A DNA stretch of 64,000 bases. It comes from Gallionella sp. GTDB taxonomy: Bacteria; Pseudomonadota; Gammaproteobacteria; Burkholderiales; Gallionellaceae. The position numbers and the translations under genes are program-made. The notes beneath the pieces are model-generated. The model saw only the letters and a program-made list of their open reading frames with translations, did no database searches and was not told the DNA's origin. Positions 1 to 10,528 of the stretch are shown in pieces. Within the stretch, counting starts at the first letter, position 1. Each line of letters opens with the position of its first letter. The DNA lies in NCBI GenBank assembly GCA_030700315.1, contig JAUYJO010000106.1, positions 9,336 through 73,335 on the forward strand. The letters run 5' to 3'.

Positions 1-2543
1 TGGTTTCCGCTTTGGGCCAACCGCTGAAAGCCGAAGTCGAATTGGTGTCAGTCAAGAAGGCCGAAAAATCCAGCCTGGTTGCGCGCCTTGCGTCACCCGA
101 TGCCTACAAGGGCGCCGGGCTGGAATACCCTTATGGCAACAAGTTCAAGTTTCAGATCGAGAGCCGCGCAAACGGCGAGCCCTATGTCAAGGTGAGCAGC
201 GCGCAGCCGGTCAACGACCCTTTCGTGAGCATTTTGATCGAGTTGAACTGGGCGTCCGGCAAGCTGCTGCGCGAATACACTTTCCTGCTTGACCCGCCGG
301 ATTATGTCGCGGAGCGGCCTGAGCCGGCTGAAGTGCAGGCCGTCGCACCGGCGGTGCAAACTGCGCCGCTGGAAACATCAGCCCAGCCTGCCGGGCAAGC
401 CGCTGCGGAAGCTGCTGTGCCGGTTGAGAGGCGGCCTGTCGAAAAACCAGCCGGTAAACCGGCGCTGGCGATACCAGCCAAGCCATCGGCATCGGCTGGA
501 ATGCGTGTCGCGAGCGGCGAAATCACGGTTAATCGCGGCGATACGCTGAGCAAAATCGCCATGCAGAACAAACCGGATGAAGTGAGCCTGGAGCGCATGT
601 TGGTCGCGCTATACCGTGCCAACGCCGACCAGTTCGACAGCAAGAACATGAACCGCATCCGGGCGGGCAAGATTCTGCGCCTGCCCAGCCAGAGCGAGTT
701 GTTGGGTGTGGCGCAGCCTGACGCGGTAAAGGAAATTCGCGCGCAGACCGCCGACTGGAATGCCTACCGGCAGAAACTGGCCGCTGCCGCTCCGGCTGCC
801 AGCCAGCCGCAGGAAGCCCGGCAAGTCGCCACCGGCAAGATTGCCAGCTCGGTGGCGGACAAGGCGCCGGTTGCCAAGGAGTCTGCCAAGGAAGTGCTGA
901 AACTGTCCAAGGGCGAAGCGCCGGGGGACAAAGCCGGCGCCGGTGCGACAGGCAAGCCCATGACGGCACAGGACAAGAAACATGCCGAGCAGGAAGATGC
1001 CATCGCCAAGGAAAAGAGCCTGAAGGAGGAGCAGGCGCGCGCCGCCTTGCTGGAAAAAAATCTCAAGGATATGGAGCGCCTCGCCAAACTGAAATCCGAG
1101 GCAGCGGCGCTGGCGCAATCTCAGGTTGCGGCATCCGCTGTGACAGGGGCGGCATCCGCAGTGGCGGTCGCCAGCGAAGTCAAGCCGGCACCCGCAGCCA
1201 AGCCCAAAGCCAAACCGGTGGTTGTGCCGCAGCCCTCTCTGGTGGATCAAATTCTGGACGAGCCGCTTTATCTGATCGGCGGCGTGGCGATTCTGCTTGG
1301 CTTGGGTGGACTGGGCTTTATGGCGTATCGCCGCAAGCGAGGCGTCTCAACCGGCTGGAAAAGTAAGTCTGACGATATAAGCGCGATAACCGGGCGCATG
1401 GCCGCGCCGGTTGCGGCATCACCCGATACCGGCGATTTCACCAATACGTCAGCGGATCATCAAGCAACAGCTCCCCAGCAGGACGAAGTCGACCCCATCA
1501 GCGAAGCGGATCTGTTCCTGAATTTTGGCCGCGATGCACAGGCGGAAGAAATTCTCAAAGAAGCTTTGCGCAACACGCCGAACAATCATCAGATCCACCT
1601 CAAGTTGCTGGGTATTTACGCCAACCGCAAAGATGTGAACTCCTTCGCATTGATTGCGCGCCAGCTGCAGGATTCCGGCGATGAGGAGGCCTGGCAACAG
1701 GCCGCCGCAATGGGGCGCAAGCTCGAACCGGGCAACCCGATGTATGGCGGATCTGGAACCATTGAGGATGCGGATAGCGCGACCATGCAGACAACCGTGC
1801 TCAATGCGATGCCGGAATTTGTCGCGGATGACAAATCGAACCAAAATGTGGATTTTGATTTGAGCGGTGCGACAGAAATGCCGGACAGGACAGCGGAAGC
1901 GGGTCAGGCGGAAGCCATGGACTTTGATGTAACGACTGCTAATAATTCGCTGGCAGCTCCGGCCGGGATGGATTTCGATGTGTCATCCACCTTCTCTGCG
2001 CAGGCGGCCCCGGTTGCGATGGACTTCGATGTGACGTCCACCAGCCCATCACTTGCCGTGCCAGCCGCGATGGATTTTGATATCACCTCGAGCAGCCCTT
2101 CGATGCGGGCGGAAACCGGAGAAGCGGAAACCGCACTGCCCAATCTGGACGATCTGGTTTTTGACATCACCTCCAGCAAGACGGTCATGCCGGCGGCGGA
2201 GCCTGAAAAAGCCGAGCAACCCGATGACGGTGGCATGGAATTTACGCTGGACTTCCCGATTGAAGAGGCAGCTGCCGGAAAAACGGTATCTACCGCGCAA
2301 CCTGCCGGAACCGATTTTGCCGATATCAGCCTGAATCTGGACGATATCGGCGTACCTGCCGAGCCGACTCCGGAAGTCAAAGATGAGCATTGGCATGAAG
2401 TGGCTACCAAGCTTGATTTGGCCAAGGCTTATCAGGAAATGGGCGATTTGGCCGGTGCGCGTGAAATTCTCGATGAGGTCATGCGCGAGGGCGATGACGG
2501 GCAGCGCGAGGCGGCGCAGTCCATGCTGGATCAGCTCGGTTGA
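1..2543 (+). CDS. fimV: FimV/HubP family polar landmark protein (5' end lies before the window)
   Basis: FimV N-terminal region (LGQPLKAEVEL...W.SGKLLREYTFLLDP), LysM-like GDTL...NMNRIRAGKILRLP, one TM segment, acidic MDFD repeats and the C-terminal FimV signature EVATKLDLAKAYQEMGD. Position upstream of truA is typical. Confidence 0.93.
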   Translation, partial: VSALGQPLKAEVELVSVKKAEKSSLVARLASPDAYKGAGLEYPYGNKFKFQIESRANGEPYVKVSSAQPVNDPFVSILIELNWASGKLLREYTFLLDPPDYVAERPEPAEVQAVAPAVQTAPLETSAQPAGQAAAEAAVPVERRPVEKPAGKPALAIPAKPSASAGMRVASGEITVNRGDTLSKIAMQNKPDEVSLERMLVALYRANADQFDSKNMNRIRAGKILRLPSQSELLGVAQPDAVKEIRAQTADWNAYRQKLAAAAPAASQPQEARQVATGKIASSVADKAPVAKESAKEVLKLSKGEAPGDKAGAGATGKPMTAQDKKHAEQEDAIAKEKSLKEEQARAALLEKNLKDMERLAKLKSEAAALAQSQVAASAVTGAASAVAVASEVKPAPAAKPKAKPVVVPQPSLVDQILDEPLYLIGGVAILLGLGGLGFMAYRRKRGVSTGWKSKSDDISAITGRMAAPVAASPDTGDFTNTSADHQATAPQQDEVDPISEADLFLNFGRDAQAEEILKEALRNTPNNHQIHLKLLGIYANRKDVNSFALIARQLQDSGDEEAWQQAAAMGRKLEPGNPMYGGSGTIEDADSATMQTTVLNAMPEFVADDKSNQNVDFDLSGATEMPDRTAEAGQAEAMDFDVTTANNSLAAPAGMDFDVSSTFSAQAAPVAMDFDVTSTSPSLAVPAAMDFDITSSSPSMRAETGEAETALPNLDDLVFDITSSKTVMPAAEPEKAEQPDDGGMEFTLDFPIEEAAAGKTVSTAQPAGTDFADISLNLDDIGVPAEPTPEVKDEHWHEVATKLDLAKAYQEMGDLAGAREILDEVMREGDDGQREAAQSMLDQLG

Positions 2544-2589
2544 TCTAGTGTAGTGCATCACTCTTGGCGATACTTATGTGCAACCCCTT

Positions 2590-2634
2590 GTAGTCGGGCT
2601 TTAGCCCGACATGTCGGGTTGAAACCCGACCTAC
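2590..2634. repeat. GTAG-type REP doublet (two hairpins)
   Basis: GTAGTCGGGCTTTAGCCCGAC-AT-GTCGGGTTGAAACCCGAC-CTAC. Near-identical copies at 6073, 7181, 8646 and 18718. Confidence 0.9.
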
Positions 2635-2683
2635 AATGCGGCTCTTGCAGTTGGCATAAGTTCCAGGCAACGTGCAACACTAC

Positions 2684-2745
2684 ACTAGCCGCCTGTGCAA
2701 CCATCTGACTTGGTTGGCAAGCTATGCCAGCAAGCCATTGGTTAA
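2684..2745 (+). repeat. Degenerate copy of the ~60-bp hairpin element (ACTAGCC...GGTTA)
   Basis: ACTAGCC...CCATCTGACTTGGTTGGC..GCCAGCAAGCCATTGGTTA aligns by eye with copies at 55087, 57118 and 62867. Confidence 0.6.
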
Positions 2746-2788
2746 CGGCAGCCCGGTAGCAGGCTGCCGTTTTCTTTTGAGGCAACCG

Positions 2789-3427
2789 ATGCAATTTCAT
2801 CCCGCCGCGCAAATTCTGAGCTGGTGTCTGCTGGTTACCGCTATGCAGGTATTGGCATCTGTCCAATTGTCGATCACCGCCGGTCTGGTGCTGCTGTGTA
2901 CGTTCGCCGTTTCCCGGCACAAATTCATGCAACTGGTGCGCCGCACCCGCTGGATCATGCTGTCGCTGTTGCTGATCTACGCCTACAGCACGCCAGGGCG
3001 GGCGTTGCTGGATGCCTTCGGCACGCTCAGCCCGACCCGCGAAGGGCTGGCCGATGGCGCGCTGCAACTGACCCGCTTGCTGGCTGCGTTGGCCGGGTTG
3101 GCGATATTGCTGGAGCGCTTGCATCGCCAGCGCTTGATCGCCGGGCTGTACACCTTGTTCGCGCCGTTGCGATGGTTGGGGATGTCGCGCGAACGGTTTG
3201 CGGTGCGGCTGGCGTTGACCCTGCATTACGCCGAGGTCGCCATGCTGCGGGGCAAGGGAAGCTGGCAGGATACTTTGAGCGAATTGCTCGAACCGCATGG
3301 CGCAACAGAAGACGGGCGACAGAGAACAGAGAACAGAACAATGGAGTTGCCATTGAGTCGCTTTGCTGTTGCCGATGCGCTGTTGCTTGGCGGTGTAATT
3401 TTGATATTGTGGCTGGCGCTGCGGTGA
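2789..3427 (+). CDS. CbiQ/EcfT-like membrane protein
   Basis: Hydrophobic helices with RRTRW, YAYSTPG, 'GLYTL..PL' and 'ERFAVRLALTLHYAE'. ATG at 2789 chosen because the longer ORF starts inside repeat DNA. Confidence 0.65.
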   Translation: MQFHPAAQILSWCLLVTAMQVLASVQLSITAGLVLLCTFAVSRHKFMQLVRRTRWIMLSLLLIYAYSTPGRALLDAFGTLSPTREGLADGALQLTRLLAALAGLAILLERLHRQRLIAGLYTLFAPLRWLGMSRERFAVRLALTLHYAEVAMLRGKGSWQDTLSELLEPHGATEDGRQRTENRTMELPLSRFAVADALLLGGVILILWLALR

Positions 3428-3437
3428 GGATCGCAGC

Positions 3438-4226
3438 ATGAGGATCGCAATGGGCGTGGAATACGACGGCCGCCCGTATTGCGGCTGGCAGAGCCAGGCG
3501 GAGGGGCGTACCGTGCAGGACACGCTGCAACGTGCGTTGAGCAAAATTGCCGGCGAGCAGATTTCAATTATCGCGGCGGGACGCACCGATACCGGCGTGC
3601 ATGCGCTGGAACAAGTCATCCATTTAGATACCCAAGCCGAACGCCCCTTGACCGCCTGGGTGCGCGGCGTCAATGCGCTGTTGCCGGACAGCATCGCGGT
3701 GCGCTGGGCGCATCCGGTGCCGGACGAGTTCCATGCGCGCTTTTCCGCGCACGGGCGCAGCTACCGTTATCTGCTGATCAACCGTCCGGTGCGCTCTGCG
3801 ATCCATGCCGGTAAGGCGGGCTGGTTCCACACACCGCTGGATGTCGCGACGATGCGGGAGGCCGCGCAATGTTTGCTGGGCGAACACGACTTCAGCGCGT
3901 TCCGTGCGGCGCAATGTCAGGCCAAATCGCCGATCAAGCATCTGCGCGAACTGGAAATTCACCGCGAGGGCGAGATGCTGATCTTCGATCTGAGCGCCGG
4001 CGCGTTTCTGCATCACATGGTGCGCAACATCGTCGGCTGCCTGGTGTACGTTGGCAAGGGCAAGTATCCGCCGGGCTGGCTCGCGGAAGTGCTGGAAAGC
4101 CGCGAGCGCAGTAAGGCCGCGCCGACCTTCGCGCCGGATGGCTTATACTTGCGCCGCATAAAATACGAAGCGAAGTGGAAGCTGCCTCAAATGGAAAACG
4201 AGACTGGGCTAGGGGAGTTGTTGTGA
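3438..4226 (+). CDS. truA: tRNA pseudouridine(38-40) synthase
   Basis: [19 protein letters not shown] (catalytic Asp), [20 protein letters not shown]. Confidence 0.97.
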   Translation: MRIAMGVEYDGRPYCGWQSQAEGRTVQDTLQRALSKIAGEQISIIAAGRTDTGVHALEQVIHLDTQAERPLTAWVRGVNALLPDSIAVRWAHPVPDEFHARFSAHGRSYRYLLINRPVRSAIHAGKAGWFHTPLDVATMREAAQCLLGEHDFSAFRAAQCQAKSPIKHLRELEIHREGEMLIFDLSAGAFLHHMVRNIVGCLVYVGKGKYPPGWLAEVLESRERSKAAPTFAPDGLYLRRIKYEAKWKLPQMENETGLGELL

Positions 4227-4873
4227 CCCGTATAAAAATATGCGGCATCACCCGTATGGAAGACGCATTGGCCGCCGCGCATTGCGGTGCGGATGCGATC
4301 GGGTTGGTGTTCTATGAGCGCAGCCCGCGCCATGTCAGCATCGCGCAGGCCACGCAACTGGCTGCCGCGCTGCCGCCGTTCGTGTCTGTGGTTGGCCTGT
4401 TTGTCAATGCCGAAGCCGCCTTGGTGCGCGAGGTGCAGGCGCAAGTGCCGCTCGACCTGCTGCAACTCCACGGCGACGAGTCACCGGAGTATTGCGCACA
4501 ATTTGCCAAGCCCTATCTCAAGGCGATCCGCGTCAAAGCCGGGGTGGATTTGCTACAATGCGCGTCCGATTTTTGCAGCGCCAAGGGCTTGTTGCTGGAC
4601 GCGCATGTGGAAGGTATCCCGGGCGGCACCGGAGCGACCTTCGACTGGAGCCTGATCCCGGAGCATTTGCCGCTGCCGGTGATCCTGTCTGGTGGGCTGG
4701 ATGCAGAAAATGTTGCTGCGGCGATCAAACAGGTGCGGCCCTACGCGGTGGACGTGTCCAGTGGCGTAGAAGCGAATGAAGGAATCAATATCCTAAAGGG
4801 CATAAAGGATGCGGCGAAGATCGCCGCATTCATCAACGAGGTTAAACGAATCGATGTACAACTATCCCGATAG
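4223..4873 (+). CDS. trpF: Phosphoribosylanthranilate isomerase
   Basis: [37 protein letters not shown] start overlaps the truA stop. Confidence 0.96.
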   Translation: MTRIKICGITRMEDALAAAHCGADAIGLVFYERSPRHVSIAQATQLAAALPPFVSVVGLFVNAEAALVREVQAQVPLDLLQLHGDESPEYCAQFAKPYLKAIRVKAGVDLLQCASDFCSAKGLLLDAHVEGIPGGTGATFDWSLIPEHLPLPVILSGGLDAENVAAAIKQVRPYAVDVSSGVEANEGINILKGIKDAAKIAAFINEVKRIDVQLSR

Positions 4874-6050
4874 CACCGGCCACTTCGGCCCCTACGGCGG
4901 CATCTACGTCGCCGAAACTCTGATGGGCGCGCTGGACGAGCTGAACCTGGCCTATGAGAAATACCGCCACGATCCCGAATTCATCGCCGAGCTGAATTAC
5001 GATCTCAAGCATTACGTCGGACGTCCCAGCCCGATCTACCACGCCCGGCATCTGTCCGACCATCTCGGCGGCGCGCAAATCTACCTGAAGCGCGAAGACC
5101 TCAACCACACCGGCGCGCACAAGGTGAACAACACCGTCGGCCAGGCATTGCTCGCCAGGCGCATGGGCAAGAAGCGCGTGATCGCCGAGACCGGCGCGGG
5201 GCCGCACGGCGTGGCGACCGCGACCGTCGCGGCGCGTTACGGCATGGAGTGCGTGGTGTACATGGGCGCGGCAGACGTGCAGCGCCAGTCGCCGAACGTG
5301 TTCCGCATGAAGCTGCTCGGCGCGACCGTCGTGCCGGTGGAGAGCGGCTCCAGGACGCTCAAGGACGCGCTCAACGAGGCGATGCGCGACTGGGTGACGA
5401 ACATCGAGAATACTTTTTACATCATCGGTACCGTGGCCGGGCCGCACCCGTACCCGATGATGGTGCGCGATTTCAACGCCATCGTCGGCAAGGAAGCCGT
5501 GGTGCAGATGCCGGAGCTGGCGGGACGCCAGCCGGATGCGGTGATCGCCTGCGTTGGCGGCGGCTCCAATGCGATGGGCATATTTTATTCCTACATCGAC
5601 ATGCCCGGTGTCAAGCTGATCGGCGTGGAAGCGGGCGGGCACGGCATCAGCAGCGGCGAACATGCCGCGCCGCTGACCACCAACAGCCCGGTGGGCGTGC
5701 TGCACGGCAACAAGACCTATTTGATGCAGGACGCGGACGGCCAGATCATCGAGACGCATTCGATCTCGGCGGGGCTGGATTATCCCGGCGTCGGCCCCGA
5801 ACATGCGTGGTTGAAAGACAGCGGGCGCGCCGAATATGTCGCGATCGACGACGACGAGGCGTTGCGCGCCTTCCATGACCTGTGCCACTTCGAGGGCATC
5901 ATCCCGGCGCTGGAATCCAGCCACGCACTCGCGCACGCGCTGAAAATTGCGCCGGCGATGGGTAAGGACAAGGTGCTGCTGGTCAACCTGTCCGGGCGCG
6001 GCGACAAGGATATCAATACCGTGGCTAAACTAGCGGGGATTACGCTGTAA
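4854..6050 (+). CDS. trpB: Tryptophan synthase beta chain
   Basis: [13 protein letters not shown] (PLP lysine), [28 protein letters not shown]. Confidence 0.97.
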   Translation: MYNYPDSTGHFGPYGGIYVAETLMGALDELNLAYEKYRHDPEFIAELNYDLKHYVGRPSPIYHARHLSDHLGGAQIYLKREDLNHTGAHKVNNTVGQALLARRMGKKRVIAETGAGPHGVATATVAARYGMECVVYMGAADVQRQSPNVFRMKLLGATVVPVESGSRTLKDALNEAMRDWVTNIENTFYIIGTVAGPHPYPMMVRDFNAIVGKEAVVQMPELAGRQPDAVIACVGGGSNAMGIFYSYIDMPGVKLIGVEAGGHGISSGEHAAPLTTNSPVGVLHGNKTYLMQDADGQIIETHSISAGLDYPGVGPEHAWLKDSGRAEYVAIDDDEALRAFHDLCHFEGIIPALESSHALAHALKIAPAMGKDKVLLVNLSGRGDKDINTVAKLAGITL

Positions 6051-6052
6051 TC

Positions 6053-6147
6053 ATGGGTAAATATGAGAAGTCGTAGGGCGGGCTCTGCCCGCCATGTCGG
6101 GCAAAGCCCGACCTACTTGAGTGCCGATGCGAGGAGAGAATAGATAA
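6053..6147 (+). pseudogene. Possible stubs of a deleted hicA toxin gene flanking a REP
   Basis: ATG GGT AAA TAT GAG AAG (MGKYEK) just after trpB, then a REP, then a TAA overlapping the hicB ATG (TAATG). Resemblance to HicA N-termini is from recall. Confidence 0.45.
6073..6116. repeat. GTAG-type REP doublet
   Basis: GTAGGGCGGGCTCTGCCCGCC-AT-GTCGGGCAAAGCCCGAC-CTAC. Confidence 0.9.
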
Positions 6148-6356
6148 TGCACCGTTATGAAATCATTCTCTACTGGAGCGCCGAAGATGCGGCGTTTATT
6201 GCCGAGGTGCCGGAATTGCCGGGCTGCATGGCACACGGCGATACACAGGAAGAAACATTGGCAAACGTGAAAGAAGCGATGCATTTATGGATTGAAACAG
6301 CGCGTGAGTTTGGGGATATCATCCCCGAGTCGCGCGGGCGCTTGATGTATGCATAA
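6147..6356 (+). CDS. hicB: HicB-family antitoxin (short form, orphan)
   Basis: YWS.ED..FIAEVPELPGCMAHGDT.EE.L.N..EA..LW signature. GGAG RBS upstream. Confidence 0.88.
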   Translation: MHRYEIILYWSAEDAAFIAEVPELPGCMAHGDTQEETLANVKEAMHLWIETAREFGDIIPESRGRLMYA

Positions 6357-6383
6357 AATTAAATTCTCACGGAAAGACAAGTA

Positions 6384-7184
6384 ATGAGCCGCATCCAGAC
6401 CGTTTTCGACAAACTCAAGCAACACCGGCGCAAGGCGCTCATCCCGTTCTTCACGGCGGGCGATCCCGACCCCGCGCTCACCGTGCCGCTGCTGCACGCG
6501 CTGGTGGAAGCGGGCGCGGACGTCATCGAGCTGGGCGTGCCGTTCTCCGACCCGATGGCGGACGGCCCGACCATCCAGCGCGCTTCCGAGCGCGCGCTCA
6601 AGCATCACGTCGGGCTGCGTCACGTGCTGGACATGGTCGCCGAATTCCGCCGCAGCAATGCCGAAACGCCCATTGTGTTGATGGGCTACGGCAATCCGAT
6701 CGAGGCGATGGGCTGGGAAACCTTTTCCCGGCGTTGCGAAGAAGTCGGCGTGGACGGCGTGCTGACTGTCGACTTTCCGCCGGAAGAAAGCCACGAGGCG
6801 TTTGCGCACCTGACCAGGCACGGCATCGATCCGATCTTCCTGCTCGCACCGACCAGCACCGACGCGCGCGTCGCGCGCGTCGCCAAACAGGCGCGCGGCT
6901 ACGTGTATTACGTATCGCTGAAGGGCGTGACCGGCGCGGGCCATCTGGATCTGGATGCGATCGCACAAAAGATTCCGCAATTGCGCAAGCATATTAATCT
7001 GCCGATCGGCGTCGGTTTCGGCATCCGCGATGCCGCGACCGCACTGGCGGTGGCGAAGCTGTGCGACGGTGTGGTGGTCGGCAGCCGCATTGTGCAGGAA
7101 ATCGAAGACTCGACCGAACATAATGTCGTCGCGAAGGTGGGCAAGCTTGTCAAGGAATTGAGACAGGCCGTCGATAAAGCGTAG
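6384..7184 (+). CDS. trpA: Tryptophan synthase alpha chain
   Basis: [39 protein letters not shown]. Confidence 0.97.
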   Translation: MSRIQTVFDKLKQHRRKALIPFFTAGDPDPALTVPLLHALVEAGADVIELGVPFSDPMADGPTIQRASERALKHHVGLRHVLDMVAEFRRSNAETPIVLMGYGNPIEAMGWETFSRRCEEVGVDGVLTVDFPPEESHEAFAHLTRHGIDPIFLLAPTSTDARVARVAKQARGYVYYVSLKGVTGAGHLDLDAIAQKIPQLRKHINLPIGVGFGIRDAATALAVAKLCDGVVVGSRIVQEIEDSTEHNVVAKVGKLVKELRQAVDKA

Positions 7185-7224
7185 GTCGGGCTTTGCCCGA
7201 CATGGCGGGCAGAACCCGCCCTAC
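7181..7224. repeat. GTAG-type REP doublet overlapping the trpA stop codon
   Basis: GTAGGTCGGGCTTTGCCCGAC-AT-GGCGGGCAGAACCCGCC-CTAC. Close to the reverse complement of 6073-6116. Confidence 0.9.
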
Positions 7225-7254
7225 ACAGTTGCCGCATAAAAGTGAGGAGGAAAC

Positions 7255-8136
<882 letters not shown>

Positions 8137-8164
8137 CGTAAAAAAACGCAGGGGCGAAGTGGGC

Positions 8165-8196
8165 GTAGCCCGGATGGAATGCAATGGAATCCGGGG
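8165..8196. repeat. Single GTAG-type REP hairpin
   Basis: GTAG-CCCGGAT-GGAATGCAATGGA-ATCCGGG. Confidence 0.7.
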
Positions 8197-8227
8197 TTCT
8201 TGATGTATCGCCGAATGTTCAGCTAGC

Positions 8228-8307
8228 GTAGGGCGCAATAACCAACGGGCATTGCGCCGCATGTATTGTTCATTCGGCGCAATGCGCTACGCTTATTGAC
8301 GCCCTAC
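8228..8307. repeat. GTAG-type REP doublet (second subfamily)
   Basis: GTAGGGCGCAATAA...CATTGCGCCG...CGGCGCAATG...TTATTGACGCCCTAC. Confidence 0.85.
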
Positions 8308-8315
8308 CAAACCAA

Positions 8316-9833
8316 ATGCCCAAGACACTAGCAGACTGGCTAATCTACCTCGAATCCCTGCATCCCAAGACCATCGCGCTCGGCTTGGAGCGCGTGGCGC
8401 AGGTCAAGCAGCGGCTGAATCTCAATCCTGATTTTACGATCATCACGGTCGGCGGTACCAACGGCAAGGGTTCGGTGTGCGCGATGCTGGAAAGCATCCT
8501 CCATGCCGCCGGTTATCGTGTCGGCTGCTACACCTCGCCGCATCTGCTGCATTATAACGAGCGCGTGCGCATCGCAAAAAAACAGGCTAGCGATGCGGAG
8601 CTGTGCGCCGCTTTCGAGAAAGTCGAAGAGGCGCGGTGCGGTGGCGTAGGTCGGGCTTCAGCCAGAGAGGGTGATGTCGGGATGAATCCCGACCTACCAA
8701 TTCCGCTCACCTATTTCGAGTTCGGCACGCTGGCCGCGATGCAGTGTTTCATCGAGCACAAGGTGGATATCGCGATCCTCGAAGTGGGGTTGGGCGGCAG
8801 GCTGGATGCGGTGAACGCCTTCGACAGCGATTGCGCGGTGGTGGCCAGCGTGGACATCGATCACACCGATTACCTCGGTGAGACGCGCGAACAGATCGCT
8901 TTCGAGAAAGCCGGTATTTTTCGCGGGGGCAAGGTGGCGATTTGCGCGGATGTGGATGTGCCGCAGGCGGTTGCCGAACATGCAAAAAAGATCGGCGCGC
9001 AGCTTTGGTGCATCGGTAGCGAGTTTGGCTTTACGCCGCATCAGGGGCAGTGGGATTACCGCAGCTTAATCGGCGCGCGCAATGCGCTGCCGTATCCGGC
9101 ATTGTGCGGAGCGTTCCAGTTGAACAACGCCAGCGCGGCGTTGGCGGCGCTGGATGCACTCAAGGGTAAATTGCCGGTGAGCATGGAGGCGGTGCGGCGC
9201 GGGTTGGTCGAGGTGCAACTTGCCGGGCGCTTCCAGTTTGTGCCGGGCAAACCGCAGTTGATCCTGGATGTGGCGCATAATCCGCACGCGGCGCGTTCGC
9301 TGGCGCAGAATCTCGCCAGCCTGCCGCCTTGCGCGCACACTTTTGCAGTGTTCGCAATGCTCAAAGACAAGGATATAGCGGGGGTGGCGGCGGCGCTCGA
9401 CCCGCATATCGACACCTGGCTGGTGGCGGGCATAGACGCGCCGCGCGGCGCAACCGCCGATGAGCTGGCGCAAGTGCTGCAAAGCGCCGGCGTGCGCGGG
9501 AATATCCAGACCTTCGAGAATGTCGCAGCGGCATTACTTCATGCCTGTGATGCGGCAGGTGAAAGTGGCGGCTGCGACACGTTACTGGCGAAGCCAGCCG
9601 ATTGCGGGAGCAGCCGCCAAGCAGCCCTTCCCGCACCAGAAGGCTTTGCCTCACCGTCTCAGGGCGGCGGCTGCGACACGTTACTGCGAAGCAGCCGCTT
9701 GCGGGAGCAGCCGCCAGACACTCTCTCCCGCGCCAGACGCTTACGCGCACCGTGTCGAGAGTGTAGAATTGCGGTCTTCGGATCGTTCTATACCGTGGCG
9801 GAAGCGATGGCCGCAAAAGGACTGAAATTTTGA
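8316..9833 (+). CDS. folC: Dihydrofolate synthase/folylpolyglutamate synthase with two in-frame repeat-derived insertions
   Basis: GTNGKGS, YTSPHL, LEVGLGGRLDAVN, LDVAHNP, VFGSFYTV. Lies between accD and dedD. Confidence 0.95.
   Translation: MPKTLADWLIYLESLHPKTIALGLERVAQVKQRLNLNPDFTIITVGGTNGKGSVCAMLESILHAAGYRVGCYTSPHLLHYNERVRIAKKQASDAELCAAFEKVEEARCGGVGRASAREGDVGMNPDLPIPLTYFEFGTLAAMQCFIEHKVDIAILEVGLGGRLDAVNAFDSDCAVVASVDIDHTDYLGETREQIAFEKAGIFRGGKVAICADVDVPQAVAEHAKKIGAQLWCIGSEFGFTPHQGQWDYRSLIGARNALPYPALCGAFQLNNASAALAALDALKGKLPVSMEAVRRGLVEVQLAGRFQFVPGKPQLILDVAHNPHAARSLAQNLASLPPCAHTFAVFAMLKDKDIAGVAAALDPHIDTWLVAGIDAPRGATADELAQVLQSAGVRGNIQTFENVAAALLHACDAAGESGGCDTLLAKPADCGSSRQAALPAPEGFASPSQGGGCDTLLRSSRLREQPPDTLSRARRLRAPCRECRIAVFGSFYTVAEAMAAKGLKF
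8646..8697. repeat. REP doublet translated inside folC
   Basis: GTAGGTCGGGCTTCAGCC...GTCGGGATGAATCCCGACCTAC encodes VGRASAREGDVGMNPDL. Confidence 0.85.
9567..9764. repeat. 198-bp composite palindromic insertion inside folC
   Basis: Two copies of GGCGGCTGC-GACACGTTACTG...GCGGGA-GCAGCCGCC (9567-9618, 9666-9715) plus an ACACTCTC...GAGAGTGT hairpin (9718-9764). Confidence 0.8.
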
Positions 9834-9857
9834 GATTCGCTAAGGGTTCCATAAAGA

Positions 9858-10523
9858 ATGGCAAAACAGCTGACAGAAGATGAATTGAACATCAAGCGCA
9901 AGGCGCGCCGCCGCCTGATCGGGGCTGTTGCGCTCACTCTGGCGGTGGTAGTGATCCTGCCGATGGTGCTGGACAGCGAGCCCAAGCCAACCGGGCAGGA
10001 CATCGAGCTGCGCATTCCGGCTCCCGATAAGGTCAGCGAGTTTGTTCCGGGCGTGGCGGTTTCCGAAGTGGCCGCTTCTAAAGTGCCCGCTTCTAAAATG
10101 ACAGGGGCTGCGCCACTCGCCGTTTCTGCGGTTGAAGCGGTTTCTGCCGTCCATGTCGCACCCGCAGAAGCGCCAGCCAAACCGCTTGACGCCGCAGTGC
10201 CAGCGAAGCCGCTCGCCGCAGCCGAGCAGAAACCCGCAACGGCTCCGCCCGCAGCCAGCAAGGTTGCTGCGCCCAGGAAGCACGACGAACCTGCCAGTGC
10301 GGAAAGTTTTGTCGCTCAGGTTGGCGCTTATGCCAACGCCGATGCCGCGAAACAGGAGTTGGATAGGCTGAAAAAACTGGGTTTCCGCAAAGCCTACACG
10401 GAGAGAGTGGGCGACAAGACGCGTGTGCGCGTCGGGCCGTATCTGGAGCGCGAAAAAGCCGAGCAGGTGCGCCAGATGCTGGAAAAACATGGCTTGAAGC
10501 CGGCGGTGATGAGCGCGCGTTGA
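9858..10523 (+). CDS. dedD: SPOR-domain cell division protein DedD
   Basis: RARRRLIGA + TM (ILPMVLD), Pro/Ala linker, C-terminal SPOR (QVGAY...RVRVGPY). Lies between folC and cvpA. Confidence 0.88.
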   Translation: MAKQLTEDELNIKRKARRRLIGAVALTLAVVVILPMVLDSEPKPTGQDIELRIPAPDKVSEFVPGVAVSEVAASKVPASKMTGAAPLAVSAVEAVSAVHVAPAEAPAKPLDAAVPAKPLAAAEQKPATAPPAASKVAAPRKHDEPASAESFVAQVGAYANADAAKQELDRLKKLGFRKAYTERVGDKTRVRVGPYLEREKAEQVRQMLEKHGLKPAVMSAR

Positions 10524-10528
10524 ACGCA

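Noticed and set aside
1850-2180. Repeated MDFD(V/I) motifs in FimV
   Set aside because: A normal feature of the acidic FimV cytoplasmic region.
2558-3694. 378-aa minus-strand ORF
   Set aside because: Overlaps truA and the EcfT-like gene in antisense and ends in repeat DNA.
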